DNA of 64,000 nucleotides from Hyalangium minutum (GCF_000737315.1 NZ_JMCB01000013.1:248001-312000), one strand, 5' to 3'. Positions 12,383 through 22,312 are shown, counted from the first letter of the stretch. Program-made: numbers and translations. Notes: generated from the letters alone by a model not told the origin.

Positions 12383-12945
12383 GCGCGAACCGCCTCCACG
12401 AGCGCGCGAAGCTTTGGGCGCTTCAGGGCACGGTAGAGCGTGGCCGTCAGCCTGCGGGCTGGCACCACCGCGCCCAGTGAGGCGCCAAAGGCCATGTGCA
12501 CCAACAGGAAGGCTCCGTGCGGCGCCTCGCGATCCAGCGGTGGCGAGGCGAACGGCACGATCAACCCCGGCATGATCACCTGGAGCGCCAGTCCCATCAA
12601 CATGCCGAGCATCAGCGCCGCCGTGGCGGTGCCGCCGCGTGGCAGCACCAGCGCGAAGAGGGTGGCCAGCCCTCCCGCGGTGGCCACATGGACCGCCAGG
12701 CCCACAAGCACTGAGAGCGCGCCGGTGGGGGCTTCCCGGAAGAAGACACCCCCTACCAGCCGGGCCGCATACCAGAGGTCTCCGTGGGTGAGCGCGCCCA
12801 GCGGCAGCGCCAGCGCTGCCATGAAGACCGCGCCGAGCAGACCCACGAAAGCCCCCGGCATGAGGACATCCCGGAAGAGCTTCCAGTGCTCCGCCTCCTC
12901 TTGCGTGGCGGCGAGGACCTGCCGGACGTGCTCAATGCGTTCCAT
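12379..12945 (-). CDS. Hypothetical polytopic membrane protein
   Basis: ATG at 12945 after GGAG; 4-5 TM helices, with His in GLAVHV and LLVHMAFG. Confidence 0.7.
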   Translation of the reverse strand: MERIEHVRQVLAATQEEAEHWKLFRDVLMPGAFVGLLGAVFMAALALPLGALTHGDLWYAARLVGGVFFREAPTGALSVLVGLAVHVATAGGLATLFALVLPRGGTATAALMLGMLMGLALQVIMPGLIVPFASPPLDREAPHGAFLLVHMAFGASLGAVVPARRLTATLYRALKRPKLRALVEAVRA

Positions 12946-13008
12946 GCAACCCTCCACTCCTCTTTCGGAAAACGAGGAAAGTGACGGCGAAAGCCATGGG
13001 GATGTCAC

Positions 13009-13131
13009 GCTCGAGACGAGGGCCGAGCCAGCGCCGTCACCCAGCAGCGCGTAGTCGCCGATGGGCGGCTGAGGGCCTCGGGGAGAGCGTGGAGGCGCGT
13101 GAGGGCGGTGGCGATGGGAGGGCAGGTGCAT
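13009..13131 (-). pseudogene. N-terminal remnant of a glycoside hydrolase family 15 gene
   Basis: Encodes PPIGDYALLGDGAGSALVSS, resembling the GH15 N-terminal motif IxDYALIGDxxxAALVS; similarity stops abruptly. Confidence 0.6.
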
Positions 13132-13143
13132 TCCAGAGGCTCA

Positions 13144-13259
13144 TCACTCCACGGGCTCCCGATCCGCGAAGAAGAGGGTGAACTCCACGTGGGCATCCTG
13201 ATCAGAGGCGTTGAGCCCTCGGCAATGGCCCACTGCTTGCTCCCGATAACGGTTGGCAT
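13144..13259 (-). pseudogene. Sensory rhodopsin transducer (ASRT-family) remnant, internally deleted and frameshifted
   Basis: MPTVIGSKQWAIAEG, then in a shifted frame LNASDQDAHVEFTLFFADREPVE-stop. Both match separated segments of ASRT as I recall it (IGRTCWAIAEG; LNAGDEDAHVEITIYYSDKEPVG). Confidence 0.72.
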
Positions 13260-13277
13260 CTGTGTCCTCCAGCAGGG

Positions 13278-13703
13278 CTAGGTGAGCTGTTCTTGCACCA
13301 GGGCCAGATCCTCCTGGACTTGTCCCAAGGTCCGAGACATGGGCTGCTTGGGCAGGCTCCGCACTCCCTGGAGCGCCAGGGCCGCCGCGCCGCCCATCAT
13401 GCCGAGCCCCACCAGCAGCGTGAAGGAAGCGGGGCGTGTCCTCAGTGCCAAGGCGAGAGACACGGCGAGTGCGATGACTCCCCCCAGCCCCACGCCTGCG
13501 CTCGTGCCCAGCAGCGTCAAACTCTTGAGGGCCTGGCGAGCGTCCTCTCGCAGCTCCTGCCGGGCGGCCTCGAACTCCGCCTGCGCCAGCCGCTTGCCCT
13601 GGTCGATGGCCTGCCCCAGCAGCTCACGCGCCGACTCACCGGTCTCTCCCTGCGAACCCTTCATGTCCGTGGCTCCCGGCGCCTCTCGGTCCCTGGCGCT
13701 CAT
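13278..13703 (-). CDS. DUF1469 / phage-holin-family membrane protein
   Basis: Coiled segment RLAQAEFEAARQEL, two TM helices, C-terminal PxxTxxxVQED pattern. Confidence 0.75.
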   Translation of the reverse strand: MSARDREAPGATDMKGSQGETGESARELLGQAIDQGKRLAQAEFEAARQELREDARQALKSLTLLGTSAGVGLGGVIALAVSLALALRTRPASFTLLVGLGMMGGAAALALQGVRSLPKQPMSRTLGQVQEDLALVQEQLT

Positions 13704-13899
13704 GCTCTTGTCGCTTCGGCAAAGCTGAGCCTGATGCTCGTGGCGTGCAGTGCCAGCCGGTACACGGAGGGCGGGCCTCTGTCGGCATCCCAGCAGGGCG
13801 GCCGGGCGGCACAGCGCCTCACTTCATGACTTGGGCTCCCAAACTATTTTCCGTCTTGGAGAGACGTGTCTCCCTCCCAGGGTTCTCAGGGGGTCTTTC

Positions 13900-15027
13900 G
13901 TGGCGGCAGGGCACCCACGGGGCAGCGGGGCGGCACCCATCGAACGGGTGGAGGTATCCGCGTACCAAATCCCCACGGATGCCCCTGAGGCGGATGGCAC
14001 CTTCGCGTGGGACTCCACCACGCTGGTGGTCGTGGAGCTGACCGCCGGGGGCCAGCGGGGACTCGGCTACACGTATACGGACGCGGTGGCCGCGGCGCTG
14101 ATCTCCCGCGTCTTCGCCCAGGAACTGCGCTCTCAGGACGCCATGGACATTCCCGCGCGGATGACGGCGCTGCTGCGCCGGGTGCGCAACCTGGGGCGGC
14201 CGGGCCTGGTCTCCATGGCGCTGTCCGCTGTGGACGCCGCGCTCTGGGACGTGAAGGCCCGGCTGCTCGGCCTGCCTCTCGCACGGCTGCTCGGCGCCGT
14301 GAGGGAGCGGGTCCCCCTCTATGGAAGCGGAGGGTTCACCTCGTACTCCGTGGAGCGGCTCCAGCAGCAACTCGCGGGCTGGGCCGAGCAGGGCATCCCT
14401 CGCGTGAAGATGAAGGTGGGAAGCCACCCCGAGGAGGATCCCGCCCGCGTCCGTGCCGCCCGCACGGCCATTGGAGACCGCGTGGAGCTCTTCGTGGATG
14501 CCAATGGCGCGTACACCGTGGCGCAGACCCTGGCTCTCGCGGACCGCTTCGCCGAGTGCGGCGTCTCTTGGTTCGAGGAGCCCGTGTCCAGCGATGATCT
14601 CGAGGGGCTCCATCGCGTCCGCTCACGCGCCCCGGCCGGCATGGCGGTAGCAGCGGGGGAGTACGGGGATGGCGGCATCTACTTCCGCCGCATGCTGGCA
14701 GCGGGCGCGGTGGATGTGCTGCAGGCGGACGTCACACGGTGCCTGGGCATCACCGGCTTCCTCCAGGCGGACGCGCTGTGTGACGTCTACCAGGTGCCGC
14801 TCTCCGGGCACTGCGCCCCAGCGCTCCACGCCCATGTGGCATGCGCGGCCCGGCGGCTGGTGCACCTGGAGTACTTCCACGATCACGCCCGGCTGGAGCG
14901 GATGCTCTTCGAGGGCGTGCCCGAGGTGAGAGAGGGCGCGCTCGTGCCGGATCTCTCACGTCCGGGGCTGGGGCTGGAGCTGAAGCGGGCGGACGCCGCC
15001 CGCTACGCGATGGGGGACAACACATGA
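13900..15027 (+). CDS. Enolase-superfamily enzyme (mandelate racemase/MLE subgroup)
   Basis: KMKVG, VDANG, WFEEP, AGEYG, SGHCAP. Start uncertain (GTG at 13900). Confidence 0.88.
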   Translation: MAAGHPRGSGAAPIERVEVSAYQIPTDAPEADGTFAWDSTTLVVVELTAGGQRGLGYTYTDAVAAALISRVFAQELRSQDAMDIPARMTALLRRVRNLGRPGLVSMALSAVDAALWDVKARLLGLPLARLLGAVRERVPLYGSGGFTSYSVERLQQQLAGWAEQGIPRVKMKVGSHPEEDPARVRAARTAIGDRVELFVDANGAYTVAQTLALADRFAECGVSWFEEPVSSDDLEGLHRVRSRAPAGMAVAAGEYGDGGIYFRRMLAAGAVDVLQADVTRCLGITGFLQADALCDVYQVPLSGHCAPALHAHVACAARRLVHLEYFHDHARLERMLFEGVPEVREGALVPDLSRPGLGLELKRADAARYAMGDNT

Positions 15028-18000
15028 GGACTTTCGCGCTTCTCGAGACGTTGATCGATCAGCACCGGCTCAAGCGAGGCCGGAGGCCCGAGCAGGTCCC
15101 TGAGCGCCGCGAGCGGCAGGAGGTGGACGTCAAGGGGCTGGAGTTGGCCTTGCGCGAGCGGCTCGAAGGGGAGGTGGAGTTTGACGCTGGCAGCCGCGCC
15201 CTCTACGCGACGGATTCCTCGAACTACCGGCAGGTCCCGCTGGGCGTCGTGCGTCCCCGCTCCATCGAGGATGTGATGGAGATCGTCCGTGTCTGCCGCC
15301 GGTTCGGCGCGCCGCTGCTCAGCCGGGGAGGGGGCACGAGCCTGGCGGGCCAGTCGTGCAACGTGGCCGTGGTGATGGACTTCTCCCGGTACCTGAACCG
15401 CATCCTGCACGTGGATCCCGAGCGGAAGCGGGTTCGGGTGCAGCCCGGCGTGGTGCTGGACAACCTGCGCAAGTTCACCATCGACCGCTACCAGCTCACC
15501 TTCGGTCCAGATCCCTCCACGCACAACCGCTGCACTCTGGGAGGCATGATCGGCAACAACGCCTGCGGCACGCACGCGCAGCGGGCGGGGCGGATGGAGT
15601 ACAACGTGGAGGAGCTGGAGGTCCTCACGTACGACGGGCTCCGCCTGCGCGTGGGCCCCACTCCGGAGCCGGAGCTCGAGCGCATCATCCGAGACGGAGG
15701 CCGGCGCGGGCAGCTCTACGCGGGGCTCAAGGCGCTGAGGGACAAGTACGCCCCGCTCATCCGCGAGCGCTACCCGAAGATCCCCCGGCGCGTCTCCGGC
15801 TACAGCCTGGACGAGCTGCTCCCGGAGAAGGGCTTCAACCTGGCCCGGGCCCTGGTGGGCACCGAGGGCACGTGCGTCACCGTCCTGGAGGCCACGCTGC
15901 GGTTGATCCCCGAGCCTCGGGCCCGCTCGCTGGTGGTGCTGGGCTACCCGGATGTGTTCCAGGCCGCGGACCACCTCCCCGAGGTGCTCGAGTCCCAGCC
16001 CATTGCCCTGGAGGGCCTGGATGGGGTGCTCGTGAACGACATGCGCCGCAAGGGCATGCATCCGAAGGACGTCGCGCTGCTGCCCGAGGGCGACGGCTGG
16101 CTCGTCGTGGAGTTCGGAGGGGACTCGAAGGAGGACTCGGACGCGCAGGCCCAGAAGTTGATGTCACGCCTGAAGCGCCACGCCCACGCGCCCACCATGC
16201 GCCTCTATGACAAGCCCGACGTGGAGCACCTCATCTGGGAGGTGCGTGAGTCCGGGCTGGGTGCCACCGCCTTCATTCCGGGCGAGCCGGACGCGTGGGA
16301 GGGTTGGGAGGACTCAGCGGTGGCTCCGGACCAACTGGGAGCCTACCTGCGCGAGTTCAAGAAGCTCCTGGGGAGTTTCGGCTACAGGACGGCGCTCTAC
16401 GGCCACTTCGGCCAGGGCTGCTTGCACTGCCGCATCAACTTCGACTTCACCACGCGCGCGGGCATCCAGAAGTACCGCCGCTTCGTGGAGGAGGCGGCGG
16501 ATCTGGTGGTGAAGCACCACGGCTCGCTCTCGGGCGAGCACGGGGATGGACAGTCCCGCGCGGAGCTGCTGCCGAAGATGTTCGGCGAGGAGCTGGTGCG
16601 TGCCTTCGGCGAGTTCAAGGCGATCTGGGATCCGGCCAACAAGATGAACCCCCACAAGAAGGTGTCGCCCTACCGGGTGGACGAGAACCTGCGGCTGGGC
16701 ACCCAGTACGCGCCGCCCCCGCTGGACACCCACTTCCAGTATCCAGAGGATCGCGGCAGCTTCGCCCGGGCCACCCTGCGCTGCGTGGGCGTGGGCAAGT
16801 GCCGCCGCGAGCAGGGCGGCGTCATGTGCCCCAGCTACATGGTGACGCGCGAGGAGAAGCACTCCACACGTGGCCGGGCGCACCTGCTCTTCGAGATGAT
16901 GCAGGGCGAGCCCCTCAAGGGCGGCTGGCGCAGCGAGCACGTGAAGGACGCGCTGGACTTGTGCCTGTCGTGCAAGGGCTGCAAGTCCGACTGCCCGGTG
17001 AACGTGGACATGGCCACGTACAAGGCCGAGTTCCTCAGTCACTACTACTCGGGCAAGGTGCGGCCGAGGCACGCCTATGCGTTCGGGCTCATCATGTTCT
17101 GGTCGCGGCTCGCCTCGCTGGCGCCTCGGGTGGCCAACTTCTTCACGCAGACGCCGGGGCTCAGCCGCGTGGCGAAGTGGGCGGCAGGAGTGCACCCGGC
17201 GCGGAGCATCCCGCCCTTCGCCCCTCGCTCTTTCCAGAGCCGGGTGCGCGGCCGGAAACCTGCGCCCACCACGCGCGGGCCCGTGGTGCTGTTCCCGGAC
17301 ACCTTCAACAACTTCTTCCACCCGGACACGGCGGGCGCGGCCCTGGAGGTGCTGGAGGCCGCGGGCTTCGAGGTGCGCGTGCCCCAGGGCTTCGTGTGCT
17401 GCGGCCGCCCGCTCTACGACTACGGCATGCTGGACACGGCCAAGGCGTTGCTCCAGCACACCCTCGCTCGCTTCCGCGAGGAGATCCGCGCGGGGGTGCC
17501 CTTCGTCTTTCTGGAGCCGAGCTGCGCAGCTGTGTTCCGGGACGAGCTGGTCAACCTCTTCCCGCATGACGACGACGCGAAGCGCCTGAAGCAGCAGACG
17601 TTCGTGCTGAGCGAGTTGCTGGAGAAGAAGGCGTCGGACTTCCAGGTGCCCACGCTGCGAGGCCGGGCACTGGTGCAGGGCCACTGCCACCACCAGTCGG
17701 TGATGAAGTTCGAGCAAGAGAGCGAGGTGCTGAAGAAGATCGGATTGGACTGGGAGAAGCCAGACTCCGGCTGCTGCGGGATGGCGGGGGCGTTCGGGTA
17801 CGAGGAGTCCCACTACGAGACGAGCGTGGCGTGCGGAGAGCGCGTCATCCTGCCCAAGGTACGGGAGGCGCCGCGAGGCACGCTTGTCATCGCGGACGGG
17901 TTTAGCTGCCGGGAGCAGATCCGGCAGGGCTCGGGGAGGACACCGGTCCACCTGGCGCATGTGCTGTGGGCGGCGCTCCGGCGCAAGCAACACCTGTTGG

Positions 18001-18179
18001 ATCGGGATGAGCCTGAGAAGGCCCTGCTCGAAGAGGCCCAGGCGCTCCTCGTGAGTGGGACCGTCCCGAAGGCGCGGTGGGGCGCCCTGGCAGGCGCTGG
18101 GCTGCTCGCCGTGGGGGCTGCCGCGGGCATCTTCCTTGGTGTTTCCCAGGTGAACAGCTTGAGGAAGAGGCTCTCCTGA
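15024..18179 (+). CDS. FAD-binding and 4Fe-4S/CCG-domain oxidoreductase (GlcD/GlcF-like fusion)
   Basis: RGGGTSLAGQ, SLSGEHGDG, CVGVGKCR, CLSCKGCKSDCP, CCGRP, CCGMAG; hydrophobic C-terminal tail; ATGA overlap. Confidence 0.92.
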   Translation: MRTFALLETLIDQHRLKRGRRPEQVPERRERQEVDVKGLELALRERLEGEVEFDAGSRALYATDSSNYRQVPLGVVRPRSIEDVMEIVRVCRRFGAPLLSRGGGTSLAGQSCNVAVVMDFSRYLNRILHVDPERKRVRVQPGVVLDNLRKFTIDRYQLTFGPDPSTHNRCTLGGMIGNNACGTHAQRAGRMEYNVEELEVLTYDGLRLRVGPTPEPELERIIRDGGRRGQLYAGLKALRDKYAPLIRERYPKIPRRVSGYSLDELLPEKGFNLARALVGTEGTCVTVLEATLRLIPEPRARSLVVLGYPDVFQAADHLPEVLESQPIALEGLDGVLVNDMRRKGMHPKDVALLPEGDGWLVVEFGGDSKEDSDAQAQKLMSRLKRHAHAPTMRLYDKPDVEHLIWEVRESGLGATAFIPGEPDAWEGWEDSAVAPDQLGAYLREFKKLLGSFGYRTALYGHFGQGCLHCRINFDFTTRAGIQKYRRFVEEAADLVVKHHGSLSGEHGDGQSRAELLPKMFGEELVRAFGEFKAIWDPANKMNPHKKVSPYRVDENLRLGTQYAPPPLDTHFQYPEDRGSFARATLRCVGVGKCRREQGGVMCPSYMVTREEKHSTRGRAHLLFEMMQGEPLKGGWRSEHVKDALDLCLSCKGCKSDCPVNVDMATYKAEFLSHYYSGKVRPRHAYAFGLIMFWSRLASLAPRVANFFTQTPGLSRVAKWAAGVHPARSIPPFAPRSFQSRVRGRKPAPTTRGPVVLFPDTFNNFFHPDTAGAALEVLEAAGFEVRVPQGFVCCGRPLYDYGMLDTAKALLQHTLARFREEIRAGVPFVFLEPSCAAVFRDELVNLFPHDDDAKRLKQQTFVLSELLEKKASDFQVPTLRGRALVQGHCHHQSVMKFEQESEVLKKIGLDWEKPDSGCCGMAGAFGYEESHYETSVACGERVILPKVREAPRGTLVIADGFSCREQIRQGSGRTPVHLAHVLWAALRRKQHLLDRDEPEKALLEEAQALLVSGTVPKARWGALAGAGLLAVGAAAGIFLGVSQVNSLRKRLS

Positions 18180-18226
18180 CACGTTCTCCTTTCTCACCTC
18201 ACTCCTGACGCAGACCGAGGCACACG

Positions 18227-20011
18227 ATGAGCGCGACTGTTGGTGACTACTTGCTCTACCGCCTGAGCCAATGGGGGATCCGCCGCATCTACGGGTACCC
18301 GGGAGATGGCATCAACGGCATCATCGGTGCGCTGGGCCGCACCACGGAGTTCCAGTTCATCCAGGCACGCCATGAGGAGATGGCGGCCTTCATGGCGTGC
18401 GCCCACGCCAAGTTCACCGGAGAGGTGGGCGTGTGCCTGGCTACCTCGGGCCCCGGTGCCATCCACCTGCTCAACGGCCTGTATGACGCGAAGCTGGACC
18501 ACCAGCCCGTGGTGGCCATCGTGGGCCAGCAGGCGCGCGCGGCGCTGGGCGGCCACTACCAGCAGGAAGTGGATCTGGTGACGCTCTTCAAGGACGTGGC
18601 CAGTGAATACGTCACCATGGTGACGAAGTCCGCGGCGGTGCGCCACGCGGTGGATCGCGCGGTGCGCATCGCGCAGATCGAGCGCACGGTGACATGCGTC
18701 ATCGTCCCCAATGATCTCCAGGAGGAGACGTACGAGAAGCCCGCGCGGGCCCACGGCACCCTCCACTCCAGCGTCGCCTACAGCGTGCCGCGCGTCCTCC
18801 CGCAGGAGCAGGACCTTCGCCGCGCCGCGGATGTGCTCAACGCGGGCAAGAAGGTGGCCATGCTGGTGGGTGCGGGCGTGCTCAACGCCGCTGACGAGGT
18901 GATGCAGGTGGCCGAGGTACTGGGCGCCGGCGTGGCCAAGGCGCTGCTGGGCAAGGCGGTGCTGCCAGACGATCTGCCCTATGTGACGGGGGCCATCGGC
19001 CTGCTGGGCACCAAGCCTAGCTGGGATCTCATGATGGAGTGCGACACGCTGCTGATGGTGGGCACCAGCTTCCCGTACTCGGAGTTCCTCCCGAAGGAGG
19101 GACAGGCCCGCGGCGTCCAGATTGATCTCGACGGCCGGATGCTGGCCATCCGCTACCCCATGGAGGTGGCGCTGACAGGCGATAGCAAGGAGACGCTGCG
19201 CGCTTTGATTCCCATGCTTCAGCGCAAGCAGGACCGGAGCTGGCGCGAGCAGGTGGAGAAGGGCGTGCGCCAGTGGTGGAAGACGTCCGAGGCGCAGGCG
19301 ATGAACTCAGCCAACCCCATCAACCCGCAGCGGGTGTTCTGGGAGCTGTCGCCCAAGCTGCCAGACGGCGTCATCCTGACGGCGGACTCGGGCTCGGGGA
19401 CGAACTGGTTCGCGCGGGACATCAAGATTCGCAAGGGGATGATGGCCTCTCTGTCCGGCAACCTGGCCACCATGGGCTGCGGGGTGCCCTACGCCATTGG
19501 CGCGAAGTTCGCGTTCCCGCATCGGCCCGTGCTCGCCATGGTGGGGGACGGGGCCATGCAGATGAACGGCAACGGCGAGCTGGTCACCGTGGCCAAGTAC
19601 TGGAAGCAGTGGAAGGACCCGCGCTTCATCATCCTGGTGCTCAACAACCGCGACCTGAACCAGGTGACGTGGGAGCAGCGGGTCATGGCAGGGGATCCGA
19701 AGACGCCGGCGACGCAGGACCTCCCGGATTTCCCTTATGCGAAGTACGCGGAATCGCTGGGTCTCAAGGGCATCCGGGTGGACAGGCCTGAGCAGATCGC
19801 CCGGGCGTGGGACGAGGCGCTGAGCGCGGACCGGCCCGTGGTCTACGAGGCCTATGTGGACCCGGATGTGCCGCCGCTGCCGCCCCACATCACCTTCGAG
19901 CAGGCCACGAATTTCGCCAGGTCCTTGCTGGGCGGTGACGTGGACGCCGGTGGCGTCATGAAGCAGTCCATCAAGGGCATGGTGGACAAGCTGTTGCCGC
20001 ACAAGGACTGA
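18227..20011 (+). CDS. Thiamine-diphosphate-dependent enzyme (pyruvate oxidase/PoxB-like)
   Basis: YGYPGDGING, RHEE, TSGPGAIH, GDGAMQM...VLNN ThDP motif. Confidence 0.93.
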   Translation: MSATVGDYLLYRLSQWGIRRIYGYPGDGINGIIGALGRTTEFQFIQARHEEMAAFMACAHAKFTGEVGVCLATSGPGAIHLLNGLYDAKLDHQPVVAIVGQQARAALGGHYQQEVDLVTLFKDVASEYVTMVTKSAAVRHAVDRAVRIAQIERTVTCVIVPNDLQEETYEKPARAHGTLHSSVAYSVPRVLPQEQDLRRAADVLNAGKKVAMLVGAGVLNAADEVMQVAEVLGAGVAKALLGKAVLPDDLPYVTGAIGLLGTKPSWDLMMECDTLLMVGTSFPYSEFLPKEGQARGVQIDLDGRMLAIRYPMEVALTGDSKETLRALIPMLQRKQDRSWREQVEKGVRQWWKTSEAQAMNSANPINPQRVFWELSPKLPDGVILTADSGSGTNWFARDIKIRKGMMASLSGNLATMGCGVPYAIGAKFAFPHRPVLAMVGDGAMQMNGNGELVTVAKYWKQWKDPRFIILVLNNRDLNQVTWEQRVMAGDPKTPATQDLPDFPYAKYAESLGLKGIRVDRPEQIARAWDEALSADRPVVYEAYVDPDVPPLPPHITFEQATNFARSLLGGDVDAGGVMKQSIKGMVDKLLPHKD

Positions 20012-20050
20012 GCGTCAGGACACCACGGGCAGGGGGAAAACTGTGAGGTG

Positions 20051-20975
20051 TCAGTGGGTAGATGGTCTGGGGCTTCCCTCGGCGCTCCTGCGCGGCGCTC
20101 CCGCTGCAGGTCCCCGCACCCTGCCGAGCGTGTCCGGAGGCTGTTCCCCGCGGCGGATGGCTGACCTGGCCTCCAGCAGCGCGAGCTGCCGCTCCAACTC
20201 TTCCCGGCGGAAGGCGGGCGCCACCTGCAGCAGGTCTTCCAGCAGGGAGCGCAGGCGGCGGGTCACTTGGATGGAGCCCTCGCCGTACTGGCGCACCTCA
20301 TCCAGCGCCAGCCGCACATAGGAGTCCCAACTGGGGCGGGGGCAGATCATCCGCAGCGCGCCGGTCTCATCCCTGCGCGCGGGCGCGGGGAAGCGCTGGC
20401 GCACCATGCGCCGCAGCAAATCGTGTAACTGGTCGATGGCCTGGACGGCCGTGGTGGGATCGTTGATGCCAGGCGAGAGGGCACGCTCGGCGATGTCCAC
20501 GAGTTGGCGGAAGCCAAAGGCGGTGTCCTGGTGGATTGTTCGCTCTGGAGCGATCTGCAGCGCCTCCTGCAGGTGCTTCGCGTTGAGGCAAGCCCCGTCA
20601 CCCCAGACCTCGAAGAGGGGGCTTCCATGGGGGACGAAGTCTCCCATCATCGGCACCAGGGCGAGCGTGATGCGGGCCTCCTGGGCGCACGTCAGGAGCT
20701 GCTGCTCGTCCACGGCGACGAGCACCCCGGAGTTCCCGGCGGAGGGGATGACCAGGCTGGGGTGTCCCTGGGGCCTCTGCGTGTGAGCCTCCTCTGTGTC
20801 CTCGCCCAGGCCCTCTGGGTACATCTGCTCCAGCGAGGCGCGCGCCTCCTTACCGATGCGCGTGAGGATGACCACGGCCCGGATGGATTGGGCCACGTGG
20901 TGGATGTAGTAGATGAAGGCGGCCACGCTGAGCAGGGACATGACGACCGCGAGCCAGACGGACAGGCTAGGGGAG
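20051..20975 (-). pseudogene. 5'-truncated DUF2254 membrane protein gene
   Basis: PSLSVWLAVVMSLLSVAAFIYYIHH, RQLVDIAERALSPGINDPTTA. The N-terminal TM region is missing and similarity begins next to the AT-rich mscS promoter region. Confidence 0.7.
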
Positions 20976-21049
20976 GGGGCTGGACATGCGGTGGAAATAT
21001 ATATAGTGATTTGAGCTCAAACTAAATCCCTACGCTGGGACTCAAGAGC

Positions 21050-22312
21050 ATGCGCCGATCCATCCCGCTCCTATTGTGGCTGTTCTCCTTGCCAGCGCTG
21101 GCGCTCGATGAAGGGCTGGGAGCTCGTCTGGAGGGAGTGCTGCCGCCGTTCTTCTTCGCCAAGCCCTTCGGGGTGTTGGAGCTGTGGAAGTGGCTGGGGC
21201 TGGCGCTGATCGTGGGGGTGGGGGTCTTCGCCGGACGCTCTCTGGAGCGACTGGCGCTGCGCGTGGTCGGACGTGCGACGGCCCTGACGAGCTCGGGCTG
21301 GGACGATCAGCTCGTGGGAGCGGGCCGGGGCCCCTTGCGCCACCTGCTTTTCGTGCTGTGGGTCGTCGCGGGCGGACGGCTGTTGATGCTTCCTCCTCCC
21401 GCGCAGCACGTGGTGGATCTCGGGGCGCGCTCGGTGGTGATCGCGACCGTGGCATGGTTCCTGCTGCGCTTCGTGAGGCTGGCCGCGCGCTTCGTCGAGC
21501 AGAAGGTGGGCAACGAGGGGAGCAGCGCGGACGTGGGCCGGGCCCGGGGCCTGCGCACCCAGCTCTCGGTGCTGCGGCGCATCACGGAGGTGACGGTGGT
21601 GCTGGTGGCGGCTTCGCTGCTGCTGCTCCAGTTCGAGGCGGTGCGTCACGTGGGCGTGTCGCTGCTGGCGTCCGCGGGCCTGGCGGGTCTGGTCATCGGT
21701 CTGGCGGCGCAGAAGTCCATCTCCACGCTGCTGGCGGGCATCCAGTTGTCCATCACCCAGCCCGTGCGCATTGGAGACACCGTCATCGTGGAGAACGAGT
21801 GGGGGTGGATCGAGGAGATCACCCTCACCTATGTGGTGGTGAAGGTGTGGGACTTGCGTCGGCTCGTCGTGCCGATGACTCACTTCCTGGACAAGCCCTT
21901 TCAGAACTGGAGCAAGGTGTCGCCGGAGATCCTGGGCACCATCGAGGTGTACGCGGACTTCCAGACGGACGTGGTGGCGATGCGCGCCGAACTCCGGCGC
22001 ATCCTGGAGCAGGAGTCCGAGGGGCTGTGGGACGGCAAGGTCAATGGACTTCAGGTGACGGGCTGCACCGAACGAGCCGTGCTGATCAGGGCGCTGGTGA
22101 GCGCGGCGGATTCGGGCAAGGCGTGGGACTTGCGCTGCCTGGTGCGTGAGAAGCTCATCGGCTGGCTGCAGCGCCAGCCGCACGGGCTGCCACTGGTTCG
22201 CGCCGAGGCGAGCCACCAACTGACAGGAGAGCCCTCGTTGCTGCTCGGAGTGCCCGCGGTGGCGGGCGCACGGGCGGGTGGAAACGTGCTGGCCGTCCGG
22301 TCCAAGGAGTGA
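21050..22312 (+). CDS. mscS: Small-conductance mechanosensitive channel family protein
   Basis: SLLASAGLAGLVIGLAAQ, QPVRIGDTV, GWIEEITLTY, PFQNWS. Confidence 0.93.
   Translation: MRRSIPLLLWLFSLPALALDEGLGARLEGVLPPFFFAKPFGVLELWKWLGLALIVGVGVFAGRSLERLALRVVGRATALTSSGWDDQLVGAGRGPLRHLLFVLWVVAGGRLLMLPPPAQHVVDLGARSVVIATVAWFLLRFVRLAARFVEQKVGNEGSSADVGRARGLRTQLSVLRRITEVTVVLVAASLLLLQFEAVRHVGVSLLASAGLAGLVIGLAAQKSISTLLAGIQLSITQPVRIGDTVIVENEWGWIEEITLTYVVVKVWDLRRLVVPMTHFLDKPFQNWSKVSPEILGTIEVYADFQTDVVAMRAELRRILEQESEGLWDGKVNGLQVTGCTERAVLIRALVSAADSGKAWDLRCLVREKLIGWLQRQPHGLPLVRAEASHQLTGEPSLLLGVPAVAGARAGGNVLAVRSKE

Noticed and set aside
13278-13703. Holin-family protein as evidence of a prophage
   Set aside because: DUF1469-type proteins are common chromosomal membrane proteins; no phage structural, integrase or lysis genes nearby.
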